From Octopus sinensis (taxonomy: Eukaryota), in NCBI RefSeq assembly GCF_006345805.1, contig NC_043024.1, positions 13,950,001 through 14,014,000 on the forward strand: a DNA stretch of 64,000 bases. Reading direction: 5' to 3'. Below, piece after piece: positions 51,614 to 64,000 of this stretch (its first letter is position 1; the number at the start of each line of letters is the position of its first letter). A model generated the notes under the pieces. That model did no database searches. It saw only the letters and a program-made list of their open reading frames with translations, and had not been told where the DNA came from. A program made the position numbers and the translations under genes.

Positions 51614-52558
51614 TGTATGTATAAGTGCCTATGTATTATCGCTTCATTTCTTTTATTTTGGCAGACATAAACCCTCTCACATCGATTCACACACACACAT
51701 CTATACATCTGTATGTTTGTACGTGTCTGTGTGTCTCTCTATATGTGCATCTTTATATATATTTAAATATGTGATTGTATATTTGCATGTATATATATAA
51801 ATGTGTGTGTATCTTTCCGTTTCATTAGGTGGCGCTTGTGTGTGCTTGGCAAGTGATAATACACAAATGCGTGCGAAGTAGTTGTGCTGTGGAATTATCC
51901 GCCACGTATGATGAAGCTGTGTCTGTGTGTTAATGGCCATAAATATTTCTTTAGTAGGTAATTTGAAACAATAAAAACAATTTTACAAACAACAAAATGT
52001 GACAGGCAAATAAATACTTTCTTTTTTTTATATATATCTGGCCGATATTGTTTTTCGTTATAGATTGCTGAAGTTTATAATACCAAGCGGTCTATGAAAT
52101 TTTACCTCCATAAATTCCAAAACAACACTGCTAAGAGCCGGCAGAAAATGGCATTTTAAATTTTTTAATTTATTTAAGATGTTAGAGAATAGATACAATA
52201 TAACATCCTCTTACACAGACATACACACGTACAAACACATACACCCATACACAGATATATATGTCTACATACAAACACACGCCTGTACACGCACACACAC
52301 ACACCCAGACACATACATATATATATATGTGCACACACAGTCATACAGCCACACAAACATAAATATGAAATTATATAAAGTATCTATAATTATATATAAT
52401 TGTATATATAAATATAAATATAAATATATATATATATTTACATACATATGTATGTGTGTGTGTTTGATTGTGTGTATAATTATATAAAATTATTCATATA
52501 TATATATATATATACACACACATATATATATATATAATATGTATATATATATATGTAT

Positions 52559-52591
<33 letters not shown>

Positions 52592-52617
52592 AAGATATAT
52601 CTATATATATATATATG

Positions 52618-52695
<78 letters not shown>

Positions 52696-53253
52696 TTATG
52701 AGTTCACGGGCAAAACACGCATACACACAGACAGATGCGTATTAAGGTTATTGTTCTTTGAATTTTGCGTTTTGCATATGGCGTTATGAACAAAGTATTA
52801 GCACAAACGAAGCAAAGAAAATTCAATACGTATTATTCAGTAATCGGCTATCATAATATTATTACTCAAACTTTAGTAATATTCAATTGTTTTTCTGTGC
52901 ACTTAGTTTTGTCTGATTTTGTTTTGTTTTATTTTGTTTTGTTTTTTTGCCAAGATATATCAATGCTTGTCTGTTCTCTGCAGGGAATTATTCCAAATGT
53001 TACCAATTAAGCACTAGAGTTGATGAAATCGCGTTGCCCGTCCCCACAAAGTTTTGTGTAATCAGTCATATTGGGAGATATTTTCAGTGGTTAAACTATA
53101 ACCCTCAGATATATATATATATATATATATATGTGAGTGTATCTATATATATATATATATATATATATAGGTACATATGTATGTATATATATATATATTA
53201 TATTATATATATATATATATATATATATCTATATATATAGGTATATATGCATG

Positions 53254-53285
<32 letters not shown>

Positions 53286-53489
53286 ATAATTATACAGAAT
53301 AAAAGACATACAAAAGTTAGGAATGATTTCAAATTTTATGATATGGTGGTATTTGAATACCAGTTAGTACTTATTATCACCTCCTGTTCCAAAAAAAAAA
53401 ATAGGTGACGTCTCAACACGGAGATTTACGTAATCACGTACCCTTCGCACAAAATTGGCTGGTCTTGTGCGAAAATTTGATATCATTAT

Positions 53490-53945
53490 TATCTAAGGTG
53501 GGAATTAGAAGAAATGTCAGTACACCGTGCGAAATGCTTACCAGTTTTTCGTTCAAATGCTGCCGTGGTCGGCTTTGCTTTTCATGACTTCGAGGCGAAG
53601 TACCAGTTGAACTCTGGGGCTGGTGTAATCGGCATATACCCCACTACACCCGAAGAAAAATCTTCAGGTCATGTGCCTTTTGTAGAAAAGATTATTACAT
53701 ATTTTCTAAGTGGGCGATTTGGCAGAATTGTGAGTACACGGGGCAGATGCTCACCGGCTTTTCGTCTGTCGTTACGTTCTGAGTTCAAATTCCGCCGTGG
53801 TTGACTGTACCTTTCATCCTTTAGGGGTCAATAAAATAAGTATCAATAGAACACTGGGGTCAATGTAATCGTCTTAACCCCCCCACCACCACCACCATCC
53901 GCCAAAAGGAAACATTCCTGGTCTTTTGCTAAAATTCGAAATCAT
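53490..53945 (+). mobile_element. Two adjacent SINE family A variants with alternative tail
   Basis: Two head-B box-central domain units. The second has an intact GTTCTGAGTTCAAATTCCGCC. Confidence 0.75.
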
Positions 53946-54925
53946 TATTGCATGCTGTTTGTTTTTTTTCTTTTCTATATTTTCATCTCTGCCATATATT
54001 TTTTTCAATATGGATGATTTGTTCTCATTTACGGTTATGTCAAATATGATTACTGCGAAGTTTATCTTTATTTTATATTATTTTTCTTGTTAATTTAAAT
54101 GTCCTACTCCAGTCTCGGTTATTTTTAACACCATGCTTAAAACCAACACTCAACGAAGGCATGTTGGCGAAACATACCTCCACAGTTGGAAAAAAGACCC
54201 ATCTTTTTTTTCCCACAACGACACAAAAGAAGCGAAAAAAGAAATACGTGAACAAATATATTATCAATGAAAGCACTAACATTCTCGAAATATTCATTTT
54301 TCCAGTCATTTTAAGAATATCGTTAGCGATGTTTGTGAAAATTTAGAACTTACTCAAAAATATCCAAGATTACCTAGAAATGTTTTTGAAGCCAAATACA
54401 CAAATAACTTGGTAAGCTAGTTGTTTTGCGTTTCCTTGTAGAAGCAGACAAATTTTGTGTAGGAGCCAGTCGAGGAAAACATGTCGAGTGAAAATACATG
54501 CGTAGCCGCAGGATATTTCATTCGCGGAAAGAAAAGGATGTTTTCAGCCATTGTACACTGAAAACGGAACGGATTTCTTCATATCAACAAGTGAACAATT
54601 AACACAATAACTCTCTTGCAAAGCCATCTTACTTTTATAAATCGATGAAAGGGCCACTCAAAAATGTGTATAGTTTTTTAAATTGAAAACGGGAACGGAA
54701 TTCGATTCAAGAATGAAAAAGCTGATGCGATTTAAGAATGTATAAGCTGTTGCGAAGTTTGGAAGCTGCATTCCTGGACATATCAGTGATGATAGTGAGA
54801 AAAGAATAGAGAAAAATATTCCTTCACACCACCAGAAAGAAAATCAGACGACAGTCTTCAGACAACCATGAAGCAAAGTATAAAAGATGGCGGAATATAA
54901 CAGCGAGCGCTCTGCCCTGGAATAC

Positions 54926-55817
54926 GGTCAATCTAATGGATGGCAAAAAGGGGAGAGGAGTGAAATAGCTTACACAGTATGAAGAAAATCGGTTTGAAAT
55001 TAAAATAATTATATTGAATAAAAAAGGAGTATGTTTAAATTGCAAAAGAGTTAAAGGAATATATTTAGGATCCTCAAACCTTACAATGCGGAAGAATGTT
55101 TTTATTTGTTATGGTTATGGTGGTCGTGTGTCCCTTCCCGATTTTCATTGCTTTTACTGGTACCTGATGTAGCCAAACCCGGCTACTATATTGTCTTTTG
55201 AAGGTTGGAATATTATTGTACCACGAAAAGATTATTAAATCGTCGGAGAGTGTACGAAAAGGAAAAAAAAAAGGATAAGAAGGATATTACAAATGAAGTG
55301 AACGCTGTGAGGCGAAGATAAGAATGGACAACAGGGACGATATGGACGGAGACGACATGCACTTCTCAGCCCTTTTTGAAAATCTGATCAATACATTAGA
55401 AACGTGTTAATCCCCAAAAACCAATTATTACAGAACTAAATAAACATTTGGTAAGAAAGACATCAAAAACATAGAAAGATGCAATCTTATGAATTTTATT
55501 CATAAGAAATTAGCTCTCTCTCGTCTTATAGAACGCCGAAAATGGTGACGCCAGGTTTGGCTACATCAAGTACCAGTAAAAGCAGTGAAAATCGGGAAGG
55601 GACATACGACAGCCATAACCATAAAAAATCAAAACATTTTCCCGCATTGCAACATTTGAGAATCCTAAATGTATTCTTTAAATTCTTTTGCAATTTAAAC
55701 CTACTCCTTTTTTATTCAGTGCAATTATTTATAATTTCAAACTGTAAAATACCTATTTTCTACATATTCTGTAAGCCATTTTACTCCTCTCCACATTTTT
55801 CCTTCCATTGCTTGACC
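54926..55817. mobile_element. Old fold-back element with ~260-bp terminal inverted repeats
   Basis: 54926-55183 is the reverse complement of 55550-55817 with many substitutions. About 370-bp non-coding interior. Confidence 0.85.
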
Positions 55818-56305
55818 TAACTTAACCTTCTTTAGAAATTCCATTTGGACCTTTCAATGCTTTTCTATGCATAAACAAAAGATGTGTAAAATTCCCTTCA
55901 ATGTGAAATGGAAATGGATACCTTTAGGTTGACGAGGTAGACACATCGGCAATATTATTTTGCAGTTTTGTTCTGGTATTTTAGGTCCTCAGTTCCAAGC
56001 ATCTGAAGGTCAAGCTAACCATTCATCCCTTAGGGGTCAATGGAGCAGGTGCTCACCGAATAAAGCATCAGATTTATTCAACCAACCCCTTCCCTTTAAA
56101 ACTTCGGGCTTTTTTGTCAAAATTAAAATGAATTATTGTGACATGACGTAAAATTAACTTCCGTGGGATATGAACACAGAACGGAAAATCACGGAATGAA
56201 CTTCAAAGTATTTTCCAAAATGGTAACTCGCTAACCAAGTCCATTGTTAAGAAATGCTTGGAGATTACAGACAACTGTAGGGAAAAAAATACATATATAT
56301 TTTTT

Positions 56306-56346
<41 letters not shown>

Positions 56347-56953
56347 GAGAGAGAGAGAGTAAGTGAGAGAGAGAAAAAGTGAGAGAGACACAGAGCGAGG
56401 AAAAATAGAAATATATATAGTAAGAGATGTAGATAGAAAGATAGATAATAATCTAAGTGTGTATGTGTATATGTGAGGTATGTATGTCTGTCCCATGTGT
56501 GTGTGTGTTTATATGTCTGTGTGTGTATGTGAGTGTGCATGCGTCTCTGTGTATGGCGGGTAATCTGAAATTTAATATAAGTATATATATATAATATTTA
56601 ATTACCAACATTGCTAGGAGATGTAGAGGAACGTCAAGATATTTGTTCATACTTACTTACATGTTTCGTTCAGATAGAGCTCATGCGTAGACAAACGCAC
56701 ACATTCGCACACAGGTATACACACATGTATATAGATACAGATCTATATATACACATATTTATATATATATATATATACATCTGTAAATATATATATATAT
56801 ATATATATACATATGATTGTATATATATATATTATATATGTATATATATACATAAATATATATGTATATATATATATATATATGTATATACCTATATATA
56901 TATATGCATGTATATGTATATATATATATACTTATATACATATGTATATATAC

Positions 56954-56985
<32 letters not shown>

Positions 56986-56986
56986 G

Positions 56987-57039
<53 letters not shown>

Positions 57040-57056
57040 GTATATATATATGTATA

Positions 57057-57100
<44 letters not shown>

Positions 57101-57359
57101 CATATCTGTCTATGTATTCGAAGTGGAGATAAATTTCATATTCCGAATTATCTCACAACGGGATTCACTTCACATTGATTACATGATGTCAACTTTCAAT
57201 CTATTACATACCGAGTGAGTGCCGTACACACGCGCTCGCCTGCATACGCACACATGCGCATACACATACGCATATACACATACACCCAACTGCTTGTATA
57301 CACACACATTGTCATATTGGCACACACTCAAGAATACAAACCGATAACCACAAATTCAA

Positions 57360-57427
<68 letters not shown>

Positions 57428-60128
57428 ACGCCTTTGTATTTAGTTTCACCAATTTCTTATAATATTGCTTTAAATATTTCCAATATTTCGCATTGGAAGC
57501 AAGCATGGCAATGAAGCTGTGAATGTGGGTCTCAGTCTTGAAATACCTGGTTCGTTTCTTGTGAAGGTCTCAGCGCATCCGGCTAACTTAGATTATAGAC
57601 AAAGTCTGTAGAACTCCTGATGAAGGGGCCCTGTAAACCACTGTTCCAGTTTTGTCACATATTTCTGTCGTGATAGTTCTGAATGAGAATTCCAATATGG
57701 GAAAATAGGCCAGCCGTATAATCACCCTACATACACTTTAAAAATCATCTCATGGTCAAATGAGTCTACGGAATACCCAACCACGTACGAATATATTTAA
57801 CGAGAAGATACATTAATTGAGTGTAGACTTTTATGCTCATTGTTCGAGGATTTCCAGCTGTAATAAGCCAGCTCTGCTTTGCAGTATATTTCATATCTGG
57901 AACTTTACCATGTTATGGGTGTTTCTCTTTTCAAGACTGAAAGACGGAACTCGTCAAAATTTTTTGGAACTTGGGAATTACACGGAATTTTAATTTCCAT
58001 AGCGGCAAACGAAAAAATATATTGGTGTTCAATAAGTGAAGATGCATTCCAATATATTCACTGCTTCGCTTACGAACTGGTCTGTTGGCATTGAGAATAA
58101 TATTTTGAAGTACTCGTTCCGTTGATTAAAATCTTTAAAAACTTGTCACACATTTTGTTCATGCCTTGAAGACACCGCTTTCTCGATGACTGAAGCCTAA
58201 TTTTAAGTTGAAAACTCAAACAACCGAAATAAGTACCACCAATCACCCCTTCAGGTATTGTATCCTTACGACAATGCACCATTCTTGACTGATCACGAAG
58301 AGGTTTCTCATAAACATGTGTATTAGAGCCGAAATGAAAGTTGCGTAATATTTCACCTCAAGTAACATTGAGTCGATATTCGGTAAATCTTGTACTTAAC
58401 AGTTGTACTTAACATTAGAAGATACGAGAAAATATGGACCCATCGTGATTCGGTCGATTACAGAAAAAAATAGTGATGATACATATTAAAGTGATTCTGA
58501 GTGAACTAGTAGTAGTCGGTTTGCATCGGCAAATAGTAAGAACAGAGGAAGGGAAAATTTCGATGTTGCCTTCAGGAAGAAGCGATGATAGGATTTCAGT
58601 GAAGACCCGTCGAGAGTGAGGATAGAGGAAATATGAAATAGTAATGTTTAATAGCGTGAGAAACAAAATTCATGGTGGAGCATACAAGTGTAGGCGGGAG
58701 TAACAATGGGAAAGTATTATTGGTTGGAAAGCAACAGTGAATGAAAGGGAAGGAAAATAACAGAAAACATCGAGGTTGTTCTTGGAAGTAGAATGAATGT
58801 TTTAAGCACTTGGTGCTCAACAATCTGTACTGAAACATATTACATGGTTTGTCTTGTAGCAGAAATTTACTTTGAGAAATAGTTCAATGCAGTCATTGTA
58901 TGAGGTCAGATGTAATAGCACTTGTAGTAGAGCACTTAATGAATACAGGCTTTCATGCTATTGATTCCTGCTAAATCAACCCGAATCGACATTTACACCT
59001 GGTGTGCACTCATCCATTTGATGCCAGCGTCTCCAAGACATTTCCAATTTTATCCATTACAAAAACATAGCGGTTTTTTTGTTTTCTTCTTTCTTTCTTT
59101 ATTAATGTTATTTGTTTCTTCTCCTCTCAGAAAACGGGGAGAATGTTTATGTTTCTGAATGCAAATTCATGAACCAACATCGAATACAACTACTTAGAGT
59201 TTGCAGGTATTCGTAACCATAAACCATAGCTAATACAATCACTTAAAGCTCTCGAGGATATGCGTAATCTTAAATCAACGCCATACTGATAGAGAAACAG
59301 TCATTGAACGGGAGGGACTGCCTGCGATAACAACACTATTCAATTCTGGTTAATTAAGTAAAATCACACTTAATCAGCGCAGGCTTGTATAATATTGCCA
59401 GAGCTAATCCCACTCTCACAGCCATCCACTGCCTCTTACACGCAGACACACACACACACTCTTCTCTCTACTTTTGATATTGGTTGTTATCTTATTTCGT
59501 GGCACTAAGACAGATTTACCATTCTGCATTCATGTGGCTTTGGTATATTGGATTCAGCGGAGCGTATTATGTATGTATTTGTATATGTTGCAAGCTAGAA
59601 TCAATCATGGCCATAGAATCTAACATTGTTTAACTGTATTAACGAAAGACGATAAAATTAAATATTATTGATATTTCCTGAATTTAGTAAGCGTTGTATA
59701 TACATACATACATTACATTTACATTTACATATATATACATATATATATATATATTATATATATATTATATATATATATATATTATATATATATATGTATG
59801 TATGTATGTATATACGGTGTTATATGTAAGTTGAAGGCTGCGTGCTTGTAGGTCATATTGGTTAATAACTTACCACGGCAACAAGTTAATTTAATAACAT
59901 TGTTACTTTCGAGCTTCTGGGTGCGCAGAGCCGAGGGAAAGCAATCAATCGAAAGACGGTCAGTTGGACATTCCACTGAAAAATGATAGTTTAGTGTCTG
60001 TCTATAAACAGCAGGGTGAAGTATACATTCAGCAGTATTTAAATTTGAGGAATATCTCACTGCTACCATTCGCCTTCAACTTCTTGTGAAATATTTCAGT
60101 GACTAAAACTAAATACTTGTGTTGATAG

Positions 60129-60168
<40 letters not shown>

Positions 60169-60557
60169 TATATATATATTGCATTTTTTTTCAATACAGT
60201 GTTTTACCAATAGATACCACATAGTATTGCCTTTTGAACAGGTCAGATCTCGCACTATGCGATAATATATCGCAATATCACTTCAGTTTGCTCCCTCCTG
60301 GACTTCACTGATGTTCTTTTCTACCCACGTCTTCTCATCTTTCGCCCAGCCCTTTGTCAACAGTCAGCCGGTAGCTTAATATTTATTCGCGGCCCTTTGG
60401 CAACTTCGATCACATTTTTGCCTTGTTTCAATTCCCCTCTTTTTCCTCTTTTTTCTCAGTTCACAAATTTTAGTTTTTATCCATCTTGCCATATCATCTG
60501 TTCGTTTCTAAATGCAACCAATGAATGTATACGGATTAATATATACCCTGTTCTACG

Positions 60558-61140
60558 CGGTGAGCTGTCAGAATCATTAGGATGCCGGGAAAAGGCTTAG
60601 CGCTGTTTCGTCTGCCGTTACGTTCTGAGTTCAAATTCCGCCGAGGTCGACTTTGCCTTTCATCCTTTCGGGGTCGATTAATTAAGTACCAGTTACGCAC
60701 TGTGGTCAATATAATCGAATTAATCGGTTTTTCTGTCCTTGTTTGTCCTGTCTAGGTTTAGCCCCTTGGGGGTAGTAAGGAAATAGGTATTTCGTTTGCC
60801 GCCACGTTCTGAGCTCAAATTCCGCCGACGTCGACTTTGCCTTACATCATTTCGGGTCGATTATATAAATACCAGTTACACACTGGGGTCGATATAATCA
60901 TCTTAATCCGTTGTCTGTCCTTGTTTGTCCTCTCTGTGTTTAGCCCCTTGTGGGTAGTAAAGAAATAGAAATAGGTATTTCCTCTCTTTCCGTCTTTACG
61001 TTTTGAGTTCAAATCCCGCCTTAGTCGTATTTGCCATTCATCTTTACGGAGTCGATAACATATGTACCTGTTGAAAACTGGGGCCGATGTAATCGATTCT
61101 CCCCACCACCGAAATTGCTGGCCTTGTCCTGAAATTTGAA
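60558..61140 (+). mobile_element. SINE family A trimer, last unit with alternative tail
   Basis: Head plus three bodies (B-box motifs near 60622, 60806 and 61000). Confidence 0.9.
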
Positions 61141-63961
61141 GCCGATATATATATTGCCTTTCCGACTTCTAGAATTAACAGTTAAACCTCCACTGAAGTC
61201 AACTCTACCATGTCAACAGTAACTCATGAAACACAGGATATCACTTGAGGGTAATTATTTGATATGATTGTATGATCAGATGTGGACTGTATCTATCGCT
61301 CAAAAGCAACAACGACAAGGCAATGCCAAACATAACTGCCGGAATATGAAGAACATTAGTGTTGTAGTACAGTGTTTACGTAAATATCTCCTGATCTTTG
61401 ATTGACCAACTTAGTTCTGTGTCACTCTCATCGATGCCTCGTTGTGAACAGGGAGATCTCAAGTTTAAATACTGAATTATAAATAAGCTAATATAAACAA
61501 AAACAAAAATAGAAAGACGAAGATATTATTATCAGTAGACAGAACAATCGAATCAAGAACATATGTAATAAACAACAATGCTTTGGTCATAATCGAAATA
61601 AAGAGAAAATTGAAAGTGTTAAAAAAATGACACCTCTGTCACAATTGAAACGGAAGTGTTAACATCTTTAATGTTTCAAACAGCAGCTGAATTGTAATAA
61701 AAGGACATTGATAATATCTGCTTATTTATTCAGCGTTATATTTCAAATGAAAGCACAAATCTATTATTTGCGATCGTTGTTAACTTTACACTTTCCGTTT
61801 TATCTTTAATTTCTTTGAGTCTTCTCGGTTTTAGATTGCGTTCTTTGAAATGTTCTTCGTATTATTATTTTGGCAACAGCGAGGAGCGTCTTACATTATC
61901 TTGATATATCTGAGAGTTTAGTGAGTGTACGAATATCTAAGTGAGTGAGTGTGTATGATGATGTATATGGCTATCTGTGATGATATGGGAGTATGTGGAT
62001 GTTTTCTATTGTCTAAATGAAATACTAAGGGAGTCAGTATTTAACATTTAAAGACAGAAATTTTGGTTAGCTTTTCGATCATTAGATAAACTAAATACAA
62101 TAGGCTTGGCATAAGAATTTCATGTATTTTAAATTCTAGAGAGGAAACATACTATGTGACTGAGATCTTCAGAAATCCAGAACTTACCCAACCAGCAAAC
62201 TGATCCTTTTCAGGAGAGATGGTCTTCATAAATTTAATATGTAGCAGTATAGTGAAACCCGAAAAAAGCAGCTAAAACTGGAGACAACCGCAATCAATTA
62301 CTAGGGATCGGGAGAGAAGGGGCTCATTGCCAGCGCCCTATGTTCTATATGGATTAGAAGGATTAAGAAGAATTAAGTGTAGGATTCATGCGTCATATTT
62401 CCAACATGAGAAAGTGCCGAACTGAAAGAGGGAACGTAAATGTTGAATGGCAGTTGCAAACCTTAAATTTGTGAATGATTTCAAGAAAGATTTAACTACC
62501 AGAACTGATGGATTGAAAATAACATCACAGTATATTCAATAAAAAAACAAAACAAACATGTTCCTTCCTATTTCCATCGCCGCTGTTGAATATAGTTTTA
62601 TCTAAAGTAGCTCTGAATATATTGGACGAGAAAGAAAGAGGTGAAGCAGGATTGATGACAAAACTGAGTGATGACAAAACTTAGCAAATATCTTGCTGGA
62701 AATTAATTGTCTGAATTGCAAAACGATAATCCGTCCGTATTAAACTGATACAAATATTGTTGATATGCGGTATAATCGGCTTTAAGCAAAAACCAATTCA
62801 AGGCCGACATCTATCAGCATTCCCAGGTCACACCAAAGAATCATCACATGTCCCGTAAATAATTGAATTTCCCATTGTCCACTTATTGCGTCTTTAAAAT
62901 CTTACCAGGAGCTCGTTATCCTTGCAGGGATACTATGGCCCTTTAACCTTCGCATCGACCAGTAATGCGAATGCTTGTACTAATTTGATTAGAATTGTTT
63001 TCATTTGGCCCGGAGGATAATATTCTTCCGTTCATTGAACTGAAAACATTTCTTGAATTGTAAAAATATTGAATTCCGAGAAAACGAAAAGCAAAGCTGA
63101 ATGCAACAAAATTTCAGCTTAAAGTAAAAGCCTGCAACTTAATAATACTATAAGATGACACAATGAGTGGATGCTTAGGCGTTCCTGGTATTAAGGGTAT
63201 TGCGAAAGCACGGTTCAGGCCTTCCCAGTTCTTTTACAGGACTTAGAAGTACTGAAAGATCACTGAAATAAGTGTGTGAATCTGAAAGGGTAATATGTTG
63301 AATAAAATCATAACTAGCTGATTGTCCTGTATGTTCCTTTACCTAAATCCAGGGGCTTTTCAGCACCCCCGCCCCCACCCCGTATTTCAGTCCATTTAAA
63401 GGTTTGTCCAATCCCTTTTCTGAAAGCATAGTGAAACCCGGAAAAAGCAGCTGAAATTGTTTGTCCCCTTTATGTTTAGCCCCTTGTGGGCAGTAAAGAA
63501 ATATAATACACCCAAGCAATGTTCTCCTGTTATATTATGTCGCAAGGTTTCGTGTCAGTCCACCATTGCCAGTTGGAAATCGTTTGAGTGCGGAAATACT
63601 TCTGATAGGTAGAACAGAAATCAACAGTTCTTAGGAACAGCTCATCAGCGAAGTGGTAGCAAACTTGCTAGAAATAGGGAGCTAAATCCCATCAAATAGC
63701 ATTTAACCCTCTTAATCGCAGTGGAAATACAGGTAAATGTAAATTCAGGTAAGATTTGATGGTCATAAGTGGCAAGTCTCTGTTATAGTTGCATCGTGAT
63801 TAATTGGCTACAAAGTAAAATAGTCATTCTGGGAATATTTATGATGTTCACCTTCACCTGTCAAACCCGTCTCAGAGCCATATTTGACTCAAAATTAACC
63901 TAAGAGAAAGAAGTATTCGTTGCAGAACAATTTTGTTCTTAAGAATTTGGATCTCAAGAAT

Positions 63962-63996
63962 ACTTTCTTTATTTGATTCTGTTCTTACATTTTCAG
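63962..63996 (+). promoter_or_regulatory. Candidate 3' splice acceptor; exon would begin at 63997
   Basis: Long polypyrimidine tract ACTTTCTTTATTTGATTCTGTTCTTACATTTTCAG. The exon lies outside the window and cannot be verified. Confidence 0.35.
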
Positions 63997-64000
63997 ATTT

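Noticed and set aside
57879-58838. Possible Penelope RT or GIY-YIG remnant next to the 57.6-kb motif
   Set aside because: No RT or GIY-YIG motifs found by eye in any frame.
62906-63039. Minus-strand exon candidate with good TTTTCAG and GTAAG sites
   Set aside because: Stops in all three frames. It could only be non-coding, and there is no evidence for that.

Overview
This is AT-rich, repeat-dominated, non-coding animal DNA, most likely from an octopus. That assignment is inferred from the tRNA-derived SINE families and the extreme (TA)n/(CA)n load, and was not checked against a database. There is a 100-N scaffold gap at 19006-19105. No host protein-coding gene can be supported. The only hints are a weak possible terminal exon at 3-104 and a strong splice acceptor at 63996. 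Nearly all ORFs in the track are microsatellite artefacts or transposon debris. Recognisable content: three tRNA-derived SINE families (one mostly as head-once, body-many ~183-bp concatemers), two mariner relics, two R4/Dong fragments abutting (TAA)n, an L1/Tx1 3' fragment, an RTE 3' end, two non-autonomous Helitrons, MITE-like fold-backs, and short (TA)n-embedded elements that look like Penelope-type pseudo-LTRs. The most interesting signal is a type I hammerhead-ribozyme fold with a U4C core variant (CCGAUGA). It occurs as an inverted pair in a 76-bp-arm palindrome at 28580-28735 and as a third decayed copy at 28070-28115. Further hammerhead-like cores lie in other repeat families at 12840, 35625-35657 and 57610-57653.
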